The position numbers and the translations under genes were made by a program. The notes below the pieces were generated by a model. That model made no database searches. It was given only the letters and a program-made list of their open reading frames with translations, and had not been told where the DNA came from. A stretch of 64,000 nt of DNA, from assembly GCA_016206665.1 (NCBI GenBank), contig JACQRC010000089.1, forward strand, positions 8,393 to 72,392, given 5' to 3'. Source of the stretch: Candidatus Omnitrophota bacterium (GTDB lineage: Bacteria; Omnitrophota; Gorgyraeia; Aquiviventales; JACQRC01). Positions 37,915 to 46,743 of this stretch are shown in pieces. Each line of letters opens with the position of its first letter. Position 1 is the first letter of the stretch.

Positions 37915-39046
37915 GAGGCCCTGCACGGTGGCCTACATCATCGATGACCTCGGCCTGGGCGGCGCCCAGCGGCAGCTCGTCGAGCTCATCAAGGTCCTGC
38001 CCCGCGAGCGGTATACCGCGCATGTCATCAGTTTGTCGATGGAACAGGTCGCTTATGCGCCGGCGCTGCGCGCCGCGCGGGTTCCGCTGACGCTGATCGC
38101 GCACCGGGGCGCGTGGTCGTGGGGGACGCTGGTGGCGGTCTACCGCGCGCTGCGGCAGATGCGCCCGACCATCGTGCATACCTGGCTCTTCACCGCCGGG
38201 CTGTACGGCCGGGTGGCGGCGTGGCTGGGCCGGGTGCCGGTCATCCTCTGCGCCATCCGCAGCGTGGAGGACGACAAACCCCGCCATTACGTGGCGGTCG
38301 ACCGCGTCCTGCGCCACGTCACCCAGGCCTTCACCGTGAATGCCCGCGCCATCGGCGAGGTCTTGGCACGACGGGAGCGCGTTCCTGCGGAGCGCATTGT
38401 GACCATTTACAACGGGGTCGACCTGCAGGCATTCCAACCCTCGCCGGATGGGGCCATCCGGCGCCGGCTGGGCCTCCAGAGCGAGAACCCCCTCGTGGGC
38501 ATCGTCGGCCGGCTCGCCCCGGTCAAGGATCACGAGACCTTTCTTCAGGCCGTCGCGCGCATCGCCGCGACGCTGCCGTCGGCGCGGTTCCTCGTCGTGG
38601 GCGATGGGCCTCGGCAGGCGGCGCTGCAGGCGCTGGCCCAGACGCTGGGCCTCGCCGACCGGCTCTGGTTTTGGCCGAGTCAGTCGCGGGTCGCCGACAT
38701 CCTGGCGGCGTTGGATGTGGTCGTCGTCAGTTCGCGCTATGAAGGTTGCAGCAATGTCATCCTGGAGGCGATGGCGATGGGCAAGCCGGTCGTGGCCACC
38801 GCCGTCGGCGGCAATCCCGAATTGGTGCTCGCCGGCGCAACCGGCGAACTGGTGCCCCCGCAAGACCCCAGCAGTTTGGCCGACCGCGTGGTGCAGTTAC
38901 TGAGCCATCCGCAGCGCGCCCGCGCCATGGGGGCGGCGGCTCGCCAGCGCATCACCGCCCGATTCGGCCTCGACCAGATGGTGGCTCAGATGACGGCGTG
39001 GTACGACACCGTCGTGGCAGCGCAAGAAGCGAGGAGCGGACGATGA
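37907..39046 (+). CDS. Glycosyltransferase family 4
   Basis: GGAQRQL, GRLAPVKDH, EGCSNVILEAMA. Confidence 0.92.
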   Translation: MAERPCTVAYIIDDLGLGGAQRQLVELIKVLPRERYTAHVISLSMEQVAYAPALRAARVPLTLIAHRGAWSWGTLVAVYRALRQMRPTIVHTWLFTAGLYGRVAAWLGRVPVILCAIRSVEDDKPRHYVAVDRVLRHVTQAFTVNARAIGEVLARRERVPAERIVTIYNGVDLQAFQPSPDGAIRRRLGLQSENPLVGIVGRLAPVKDHETFLQAVARIAATLPSARFLVVGDGPRQAALQALAQTLGLADRLWFWPSQSRVADILAALDVVVVSSRYEGCSNVILEAMAMGKPVVATAVGGNPELVLAGATGELVPPQDPSSLADRVVQLLSHPQRARAMGAAARQRITARFGLDQMVAQMTAWYDTVVAAQEARSGR

Positions 39047-41322
39047 TGAAACAGGTGATGATGCGGTACGGGATCACCCTCCTGATCGGCGTCGCCATCG
39101 GTTCGTGGCTAGCCGAACCGAAGCGGGGGGACGTCGTGGCGCCGTCGCACCCAGCGGTCGCGCGGTCCGGCGGCTCCGAGGCGCCGGCGGCGGTCAAGAC
39201 GCCCCAGGGCGCGCTGTTCCTCGCCGACTTCGAGACGGACCGTGATCTGGAGGCGTGGGAGCGTCGCGACGTCGAGGCCAGCCGGGTCTCCGAACATGCG
39301 ACCCACGGCACCTTCGCGGCCAAGGTCACCTTCCAGGAGGGCCAAGCGCCGGCCTTCATGCTGGAGGATCTGTTCGACCGTCAGCCGGCGCTCCGGGACT
39401 GGCGCGGCTATGCGACGCTGCGGTTCGACCTCTACAACGTGCAGTCGAACCAACAGCGTCTCATCCTCAAGATCAAGGACCGCGATGGCCGCGCGTACAG
39501 CGAAGACCTGTATGTCAACGGCAACAGCGCGGAACCGGTGTCGATCCGTCTCGACGACCTCCAGGCGTACGTGAACGTCGGCCACATTGCCCAGTTCAAC
39601 CTGTTCCGCTGGAAGCCGCGCGGCGTGGGAACCTTCTACCTGGATGCTGTCCGCCTCGAGCCGGCCGGACGAAGTACCGCGGCTCCGGTACCGGCGCCCG
39701 TCGTCGCAGCAGCACCGCGCGTGGCATCAGGCGGTCCGTGGCAGATCGCCTGGACCTCAGGGACCACCAAGGTGCTGCGCGATCCGGCAGCCTTCCAGGG
39801 CCACACGACGAACCCGGTGCAGCTCTTCCTGGCCCGCCAGGAATATGAGAGCGCCCAACTGGTCCTCATTGGTGGAGCGGAGTCGGCGCACGTCACTGTC
39901 GCGGTCGGTCCGCTGACCCATACCGACGGCCACACGGCCTGGCCGTCTGACACCGTGGAGGTGCGTCGGGTCGACTATGTGCGCACGCGGCCGCCCTATT
40001 ATCCGGTGACCCACGTCGGCGAGTGGCCCGATCCGCTGCCGCTGGCCGGCGCCGTGGATGTGCCGGCCAATCAGGTGCAGCCGGTCTGGCTCACGATCTA
40101 CGCTCCCGCGGCGCTGCCGGCCGGTCGCTATGAGGGGACCATCACGCTCACCGACGACCACGGCCGCCGCGAGCAGGTCGCCCTGCAGGTCACGGTCTGG
40201 GACTTTACCCTGCCGCGCACATCGCACCTCAAGACGGCATTTGACTTCTACCGCTCGCGTCTGATCCAAGCGTACCGCGAGTTCGTGCCCGGCGGAGCCG
40301 CATGGGAAGGTCGTCTCGACGAGCTGCAGCGTCGGTACCTGGTGGAGATGCTCCGCTACCGCCTCAGCCCCGTCTGGGGGGCGGATCCCGCCCGGACGTC
40401 GTTTGCCGCCGACGTGCAGAACTATCTGCAGGAGGGCCTGACGGTCTTCGGCGTGGGCAGCCGCGGCGGCAGCAACGGCAACAACTGGCCCAAGGATCCT
40501 GCAGGCCTCGCGCAGGTGATGACGTGGTACGGCCAGGCGGCGTCGGCGTTGCGACGCCAGCAACTGCTGGACCGGAGCTACATCTACACCTACGACGAGC
40601 CCAAGCCGGGCAACCCGCACGTCGCCGAGGTCATGGCGGCGATCCACCAGGTCGATCCAGGGCTCAAGAATCTCCTGGTGATGCACGAGGCCCCGGACCC
40701 CGCGGTGTACGCCGACTGGCTCAAGGACGCCGACATCCTCTGCATCCGCCTGGCGGCGCTCAGCCCGGAGCTCGCGCAGCGGTATCGTTCACTGGGCAAG
40801 GAGCTGTGGATGTACGTCTCTTCGCCCAGCCACCCGGTGCCAGCACTCGTCATCGATTACCCCGCGATCGCGGCGCGGATTTTACCCTGGATGGCGTGGA
40901 AGTATCAGGCGACGGGGCTGCTCTACTGGTGCGTCAACTTCTGGCAGGGCGATCCCTGGCAGAACCCCGCCAGTTTCAAGGAGGACCAAAACGGCAACGG
41001 CTTTCTCTTTTATCCCACGGCGGACGGGCCGGTGCCCTCCATTCGGTCGGCCGCCCTGCGTGATGGCATGGAAGATTACGAGTATCTCTATTTGTTGAGC
41101 CAGTTGGTGGCCCAGGCCAAGGCCGACGGCCGTCACGAGCCGGCCCTCGTGGCCGAGGCCGAGCGGCTGACCGCCATCGATCCTGCGCTGCTGGAATCGG
41201 CCCGGAGCTACACGAAGGATGCCGACGTGCTGCTGGCTCAGCGCCAGGCGATCGCGGCGATGATCGTGAAATTCCAGCCACCGTCCGCCGCCGCACCAGC
41301 TCCGACGACCCCAGGCGCCTGA
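39043..41322 (+). CDS. Exported DUF4091/GH123-like glycoside hydrolase with N-terminal carbohydrate-binding-like domain
   Basis: EYESAQL, VWDFTLP, YDEP, GLLYW, RDGMEDYEYL. Confidence 0.75.
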   Translation: MMKQVMMRYGITLLIGVAIGSWLAEPKRGDVVAPSHPAVARSGGSEAPAAVKTPQGALFLADFETDRDLEAWERRDVEASRVSEHATHGTFAAKVTFQEGQAPAFMLEDLFDRQPALRDWRGYATLRFDLYNVQSNQQRLILKIKDRDGRAYSEDLYVNGNSAEPVSIRLDDLQAYVNVGHIAQFNLFRWKPRGVGTFYLDAVRLEPAGRSTAAPVPAPVVAAAPRVASGGPWQIAWTSGTTKVLRDPAAFQGHTTNPVQLFLARQEYESAQLVLIGGAESAHVTVAVGPLTHTDGHTAWPSDTVEVRRVDYVRTRPPYYPVTHVGEWPDPLPLAGAVDVPANQVQPVWLTIYAPAALPAGRYEGTITLTDDHGRREQVALQVTVWDFTLPRTSHLKTAFDFYRSRLIQAYREFVPGGAAWEGRLDELQRRYLVEMLRYRLSPVWGADPARTSFAADVQNYLQEGLTVFGVGSRGGSNGNNWPKDPAGLAQVMTWYGQAASALRRQQLLDRSYIYTYDEPKPGNPHVAEVMAAIHQVDPGLKNLLVMHEAPDPAVYADWLKDADILCIRLAALSPELAQRYRSLGKELWMYVSSPSHPVPALVIDYPAIAARILPWMAWKYQATGLLYWCVNFWQGDPWQNPASFKEDQNGNGFLFYPTADGPVPSIRSAALRDGMEDYEYLYLLSQLVAQAKADGRHEPALVAEAERLTAIDPALLESARSYTKDADVLLAQRQAIAAMIVKFQPPSAAAPAPTTPGA

Positions 41323-42107
41323 TGCGTATCGTTGCCTTGACCTTCCATGACATTGTCGCCGACGACCGGCCGCCCACCGCCAGCGAGGCCTTCTATCGGC
41401 TGACGGCGGAGGAGTTTGAACGGCTGCTCACCCAGTTGCGCAAGTTGGGATATCAGGCCGTCAGTTCCCGGACCTTCCGCGCCTGGCAAGGGGGGCAGAC
41501 CGCGCTGCCGGAGCGGAGCGTCGTGCTCACGTTTGATGACGGCTATGCCAGCCACTTCGAGGTGGTCGTGCCCTTGCTGCTGCGCTACCGGTTGACCGGC
41601 ACCTTCTTCGTGCCGGTCGCGCGCATCGGCCAGCCGGGCTACATGACCTGGGACCAGTTGCGGCGGCTGGTCTTCCTCGGGATGGAGATTGGTTCGCACG
41701 GCGTGACGCACCGGCCGCTGACGCAGCTCTCACGCGCCGAATTGGCGGAGGAACTGGGCGAGTCAAAACGCCGGCTGGAGGAGGAGCTGGGCATTCCCGT
41801 GCGGGCCCTGGCCGCGCCCGGCGGTTGTTGGAATCGCCGCATGGCCGGGGCAGTCCACGCGGCCGGTTACGAGGCCGCGTGGGTGTCGACGATCGGGACC
41901 AACGGCGCCGAGACGCAGCCGCTCGCGCTGCGACGCGTCGTGGCGCGGCAGCCCTTTTCGGCGCAGCGGCTCGTGGCGATGGTCGAAGGTTGGCAGCCCG
42001 CCTTCTGGTGGGCGGCGAACCAGCAGTTGCTGATTCGGTTGTTAAAGCGCCTCTTGGGCGTGTATGGGTATGAGCAGTTGAAACGGCGACTCGTGCCGAC
42101 GGCCTAG
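41322..42107 (+). CDS. Polysaccharide deacetylase (CE4/NodB)
   Basis: LTFDDGY, GSHGVTH, APGG. Confidence 0.9.
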   Translation: MRIVALTFHDIVADDRPPTASEAFYRLTAEEFERLLTQLRKLGYQAVSSRTFRAWQGGQTALPERSVVLTFDDGYASHFEVVVPLLLRYRLTGTFFVPVARIGQPGYMTWDQLRRLVFLGMEIGSHGVTHRPLTQLSRAELAEELGESKRRLEEELGIPVRALAAPGGCWNRRMAGAVHAAGYEAAWVSTIGTNGAETQPLALRRVVARQPFSAQRLVAMVEGWQPAFWWAANQQLLIRLLKRLLGVYGYEQLKRRLVPTA

Positions 42108-42109
42108 CC

Positions 42110-43246
42110 ATGACGACCCTGATCATCCTCTGCGGGGTTTCCCTGAGTGTCCTGCTCTACATCTATGCGGGCTATCCCATCGTGGTCTGGGTCTTGGCGC
42201 GGCTGTTCGGCCGGGAGCCGCGGCGTCGAGGCATCCTGCCGATGGTTTCGCTGCTGATTCCCGCTTACAACGAGGAGGCCCACATCGAGGCCAAGCTGCG
42301 CAACAGCCTGCGGCTCGATTACCCGCGCGACCGGCTGGAGATCGTCGTCGCCAGCGATGGTTCCACCGACCGCACCAATGACCTCGTCCGCCGGTTTCGC
42401 GGTCAGCGGGTGCGGCTCGTGGCGATGCGCCGACATGCGGGCAAGTCGGCGCTGGTCAACCTAACGCTGCCACGGCTGCGGGGCGAGGTCGTGGCCTTTT
42501 CGGATGTCTCGAGCGAACTGGAACGCGATGCGCTGCGCCGGCTCGTGCGGAGCTTTGCGGATCGCCGCGTCGGCTGCGTCTCCGGGCTGTATCGGCTGGG
42601 CCACACCGGCGACCTGCGTTCGCAGGGCGAAGGGCTCTACTGGCGCTACGAGACATTCATCAAGCGTCAGGAGAGCCGTCTCCATTCCATCCTGGGAGCC
42701 CACGGGGCCTTCTACGCGATTCGCCGGCCGCTCTTTCAGCCGCTCGACGACGCGGCGATCAATGACGACTATCTGATCCCCATGCGCATCGTGGCTCAGG
42801 GCTACCGGGCCGTGTACGAACCGCGCGCGGTAGCCTGGGAGCGTGAGCAGACGTCCGTGCGCGGCGAGTTTGCCCGCCGCCGGCGTATTGCGGTCGGCAA
42901 CTGCCAGCAGATCGTCACCCTGCGCCACCTGCTCCATCCCCGCCACGGCTGGCCGGCCTTTCTGTTTTTCTCGCACAAGGTGCTGCGCACCGCGGCCCCA
43001 CTCTTCATGTTGGCATTGGCGGTGTCGAGTCTGCAGGTGCCGACCCCATGGGCCGCGGTGTTAGTGGGCCTCCAAGCGCTGTTCTATGGCAGCGCCGTGG
43101 TCGGCTACCTCTGTCAGCGCCGGGGCCGGATGGTCAAGTGGCTCTCGCCGCCCCTGTACTTCTGTTTGGGCAATCTCGCCATGTTGGCCGGTCTCCTGAA
43201 GTACTCCTTCGACCGCCGACGACTCGTCTGGGAGCGCGCCCGGTAA
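42110..43246 (+). CDS. Membrane glycosyltransferase family 2
   Basis: IPAYNEE, SDGSTD, NDDYL, RRRRIA and terminal TM helices. Confidence 0.9.
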   Translation: MTTLIILCGVSLSVLLYIYAGYPIVVWVLARLFGREPRRRGILPMVSLLIPAYNEEAHIEAKLRNSLRLDYPRDRLEIVVASDGSTDRTNDLVRRFRGQRVRLVAMRRHAGKSALVNLTLPRLRGEVVAFSDVSSELERDALRRLVRSFADRRVGCVSGLYRLGHTGDLRSQGEGLYWRYETFIKRQESRLHSILGAHGAFYAIRRPLFQPLDDAAINDDYLIPMRIVAQGYRAVYEPRAVAWEREQTSVRGEFARRRRIAVGNCQQIVTLRHLLHPRHGWPAFLFFSHKVLRTAAPLFMLALAVSSLQVPTPWAAVLVGLQALFYGSAVVGYLCQRRGRMVKWLSPPLYFCLGNLAMLAGLLKYSFDRRRLVWERAR

Positions 43247-43310
43247 CGAGGAAGGCCGGACGCGGCGCCCGTCTCGTTGTTGCATTCCTGCCCCCATCTG
43301 GGCACCATCT

Positions 43311-43328
43311 TGTCGGAGTTCTGCAACA
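43311..43328 (+). promoter_or_regulatory. Putative enhancer (bEBP binding site)
   Basis: TGTCG-N8-CAACA, starting 137 bp before the sigma54 site. Confidence 0.6.
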
Positions 43329-43447
43329 AGGTGGTGTAGGGCAGGGGCGCTGGCCGTTCTCTGGGATTTAGACTGAGGCGATGAGGGCAGAACCCTATGT
43401 ATTCAAATAGGTTACTACAGAGAAATAGAATTCGTGTTGAGCCGAGT

Positions 43448-43463
43448 TGGCACAGAACGTGCT
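43448..43463 (+). promoter_or_regulatory. Sigma54 -24/-12 promoter
   Basis: TGGCAC-N5-GTGCT upstream of a PEP-CTERM gene. Confidence 0.75.
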
Positions 43464-43566
43464 GAATACTTTAGGTAAGCCTTGTATTCTTTAATTGGCG
43501 AAGACGAAGTTGTCTCTATACATTAACAAGTCAACAGAAGTTAGGAGTCACCAGCTGAGCGACAGG

Positions 43567-44385
43567 GTGAAAGGTCTGAGAATCGGACGGACGGTCAGCG
43601 CTTGGCTGCTGTCGATTGCGGTCGCCCCCATGGCGCATGCGTCGATTTTGGACCTGACCAGCGCCGGTTCATCCGGCTTCATCAACGGAGCGTTTTACCA
43701 GCAAATCGATCCCCAAGCGACCGGCACCGGCGCCATCAACTCGTTTGTCGAGATCGGCGATGCCACTCCAAGGACCGGCACGGTCGTCCACGCCTACAAC
43801 ACGACCGTCAACATGACGCTGGACAACGGTGCCAGCGACGTCTTCAACCACGCAATCATGATCACGGATGTGCCGCGGGTGACGATTGACGGCATCCAGT
43901 ATCGAGAGTTCTTGCTGGACATCAACCAGAATGCGAGTGACAATCCGTCCCTGCTCTCCCTCGATGAGATTCAGATTTTTCTCTCCGGCACGGCGAACCA
44001 GAGTGTCGAAACCTTCACCGGCGGGATTCTCGACCTGACCGATGCCAGCCTCGTCTATCGGCTCGATGCGGGCAGCGACAGCTGGATCAAGATGAACTAC
44101 ACCTTGAACCACGGCAGCGGCTCGGGCGACATGTTCGCCTACATTCCCGAAACCCTGTTCGCCAACGTCTACACGGGATCAAACAAGTTCGTCTATCTCT
44201 ACTCGCGCTTTGGCGAGAACCACGTCAACAATGACGGGTTCGAGGAATGGGCGGTGCGGGAAGGCGGCGGCCCAGAGCCGGGTCCCGACGCTGGTCCCAC
44301 CATTCCCGAGCCCACATCGCTGTTCCTGATGGGCACGGGACTCTTGAGCTGGTTGGGGGCCCGTCGCTTGCGCCTGGTGGCGTAG
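43567..44385 (+). CDS. PEP-CTERM sorting domain protein
   Basis: Signal peptide ending AHA; C-terminal IPEPTSLFLMGTGLLSWLGARRLR; start uncertain (GTG 43567 or TTG 43495). Confidence 0.9.
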   Translation: MKGLRIGRTVSAWLLSIAVAPMAHASILDLTSAGSSGFINGAFYQQIDPQATGTGAINSFVEIGDATPRTGTVVHAYNTTVNMTLDNGASDVFNHAIMITDVPRVTIDGIQYREFLLDINQNASDNPSLLSLDEIQIFLSGTANQSVETFTGGILDLTDASLVYRLDAGSDSWIKMNYTLNHGSGSGDMFAYIPETLFANVYTGSNKFVYLYSRFGENHVNNDGFEEWAVREGGGPEPGPDAGPTIPEPTSLFLMGTGLLSWLGARRLRLVA

Positions 44386-44505
44386 GGTGCGGCATGGCGA
44401 TCGGGTTGGCCCTGATGACGATGGTGCTGACCGCCTGGTGCCTCGTGCACTGTCATCGGTACGATCATTAACACTGACATCAACGGAGTAGCTTAGGAAA
44501 ACGAG

Positions 44506-45210
44506 ATGAGTGTCTTCATTGCGCGATTGTTAGGTGCTCCACCGGAAATGCTCTTGGAGCTCGGCCGTTTCTGGTCGCTGCGCTGGGGGCAACAGGACGT
44601 GCCGTCCTATGCCGTCTGGTGGCGGCTCGTCTTGAAACGGGCGGTGGATTTCACGGGTGCGCTGGTCCTGGTGGTCCTGCTGAGCCCGGCCCTGGCAGCG
44701 ATCGCCCTGGCCATTACACTCGATTCCGCCGGCCCGATCCTCTTTACCCAGGAGCGGGTGGGGCTCTTCGGCCGCGTCTTTCGCATCTATAAATTCCGCA
44801 CGATGGTGGCCAACGCCGAAGTCCTCACCGGTCCGGTGTGGGCGGCCCGCGAGGGTGATCCACGGGTCACACGTGTGGGTCGGTTCCTGCGCCGCACGCA
44901 CCTCGATGAGTTGCTGCAGCTCCTGAATGTCCTCAAGGGGGACATGAGCCTGGTTGGCCCGCGACCCGAACGGCCCTGCTTCGTCACCGGCTTGCAACGA
45001 GAGGTCGCCGGCTATGACCATCGGCTCTACGTCCGGCCAGGCATCACCGGGCTGGCCCAGATTCATTACCGCTACGACCAAACGGTCTCCGACGTGCGGA
45101 AAAAACTGCGGTTCGACCTGCTCTATGTCAAGCGGATGTGTCTGATGTTGGACGCCCGGATCCTGGTGTGGACGATGGCAGTGGTCCTGACCGGGCGAGG
45201 CATCAAGTAA
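44506..45210 (+). CDS. Priming sugar transferase (Bac_transf)
   Basis: [37 protein letters not shown]. Confidence 0.92.
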   Translation: MSVFIARLLGAPPEMLLELGRFWSLRWGQQDVPSYAVWWRLVLKRAVDFTGALVLVVLLSPALAAIALAITLDSAGPILFTQERVGLFGRVFRIYKFRTMVANAEVLTGPVWAAREGDPRVTRVGRFLRRTHLDELLQLLNVLKGDMSLVGPRPERPCFVTGLQREVAGYDHRLYVRPGITGLAQIHYRYDQTVSDVRKKLRFDLLYVKRMCLMLDARILVWTMAVVLTGRGIK

Positions 45211-45286
45211 CGGCTTTCAGAAGAGCGTGGTGCAGCATGCTTGCGGGGCGCGTGATCGTCGCAAGCCACATCAAGGAGGCAAGGCA

Positions 45287-45970
45287 ATGAGACGATGGAT
45301 GGCAGTGCTTGGCGTCGGTCTGGCGGCGGCCGTGGCCGTAGCCTCTCCGGCGTGGGCCGTTCCGACCATTGACGGGTCGGCCACCACCTTTGCGGGTGAG
45401 TGGGATGGGTTTATCCTGCAGGCCTTCGACCCGGACGAGGTGGCCATTCCGGATGGCTACGACTTCTCGGAGCTCCGGATCATCCAGGAGGCCAGCGGCG
45501 GGGCGAGTGACGGGTTGTATGTCCTGTTCGATTTGCACGGGGTGCCCACCTTCACCTCACTGGACCCCATCTTCCCCTTCGACCCCGTCACGTACTCGAT
45601 CGGGATGGATTTCGATGGGGATGGGCTATTCACGAGCGCGGTCGACCGGAGCATCGTCTACACGTCGAGCGGGGTGCTGGTCTTCGATGGCACCGGTACA
45701 CCCATCGTCGGCGCTCCCGGTTCGGCGCTGGGATCGGTGGTCGAATTGTACATCCCGAAGAGCATGCTGGCCGGTGGGGCCTTGCCGGTGAGCGGCACGT
45801 TCGGCATGTTTGCCTCGCTGGACAATGGTGGTGCGCCGCCGGACGATTTCATTCCGGACTTCGATCTGGTGCATCCTATTCCTGAGCCTGGCAGCGCGCT
45901 GCTGTTTGGGTTCGGGCTGATGGGCGCTTTCTTACGCCGCCAGCGGCGTTACCCGTCCACGGTCGCCTAA
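45287..45970 (+). CDS. PEP-CTERM sorting domain protein
   Basis: RBS AAGGAGG; signal peptide ending AWA; IPEPGSALLFGFGLMGAFLRRQRR. Confidence 0.9.
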   Translation: MRRWMAVLGVGLAAAVAVASPAWAVPTIDGSATTFAGEWDGFILQAFDPDEVAIPDGYDFSELRIIQEASGGASDGLYVLFDLHGVPTFTSLDPIFPFDPVTYSIGMDFDGDGLFTSAVDRSIVYTSSGVLVFDGTGTPIVGAPGSALGSVVELYIPKSMLAGGALPVSGTFGMFASLDNGGAPPDDFIPDFDLVHPIPEPGSALLFGFGLMGAFLRRQRRYPSTVA

Positions 45971-46055
45971 CACCCATAGGGACTCCACACGGCCTCCACG
46001 CGCCGGAGGCCGCTGGGGTGGTGAGATGCATACAGCCAGTCCATTGTCTCAGACG

Positions 46056-46081
46056 ACAGCCCTCCCCAGTGGGAGGGCTGT
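46056..46081 (+). terminator. Stem-loop, possible terminator
   Basis: ACAGCCCTCCC-cagt-GGGAGGGCTGT, followed by a short T run. Confidence 0.5.
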
Positions 46082-46293
46082 TTGCTAAATTGACCGATAG
46101 CAGTTGTCTTAAGTCAACAGATTGTCTTGAACCATCAGCAATTTGGTGAAAAGCCACAACACTTCTCCAGACCAGATGGTTTGCTGGGCGTCTATGCGGA
46201 GAGCATCGCACGCAGCCAGGGCGGCAGGTTCATAGAGGAGATGAATGAAAAAGTGAACGCTGGGCGGAGAAATTCCTCATTATGGCGGAAACT

Positions 46294-46309
46294 TGGTACA
46301 GAACCTGCT
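46294..46309 (+). promoter_or_regulatory. Sigma54 -24/-12 promoter
   Basis: TGGTAC-N5-CTGCT; enhancer-like AGTTG-N8-CAACA (46102-46119) and TGGTG-N8-CAACA (46144-46161) upstream. Confidence 0.68.
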
Positions 46310-46354
46310 TTAACTACAGGTCAGCATGGCTGGCCGATGGCTCAAGGAGGCCCC

Positions 46355-46687
46355 ATGAAAGAGGGCTGGATGGCGCAGGGGAAGTTGCTCGTGTTAGGAG
46401 TTACCTGCCTGTTCGCAGCGACCGGTTGCGGCAGTAGTGGCGGTGGGCTGTCTGGTTTGTTGGGCTCGGGCGGATCTTTCGCAGGCTTGTTTGACGGTGG
46501 CAATAGCGGTGGCGGTGACCAACCATCTCCCATCGTGGTCGACTCTGTGCCTAACCCCGAACCGATAGGCATCAGCCCACTCGCTACGGTGTCCAACCCT
46601 GAACCGGCGAGCGCAGCGCTCTTCGGCGGTGGCTTGGCTGGCATGGCGTGGTGGCGGCGGCGGCGAAAGGCCGGCAAGCGCGCCTGA
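46355..46687 (+). CDS. Small Gly-rich lipoprotein with PEP-CTERM tail
   Basis: RBS AAGGAGG; lipobox-like FAATGC; NPEPASAALFGGGLAGMAWWRRRRK. Confidence 0.8.
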   Translation: MKEGWMAQGKLLVLGVTCLFAATGCGSSGGGLSGLLGSGGSFAGLFDGGNSGGGDQPSPIVVDSVPNPEPIGISPLATVSNPEPASAALFGGGLAGMAWWRRRRKAGKRA

Positions 46688-46743
46688 CGCCTCGTTAGCG
46701 TTCGTTCCGCCCGCACACAACTGAAGCAGGAGGGGGCTCGTCC

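Noticed and set aside
44394-44471. 25-aa hydrophobic mini-ORF after a PEP-CTERM gene
   Set aside because: No clear RBS and too short to support.
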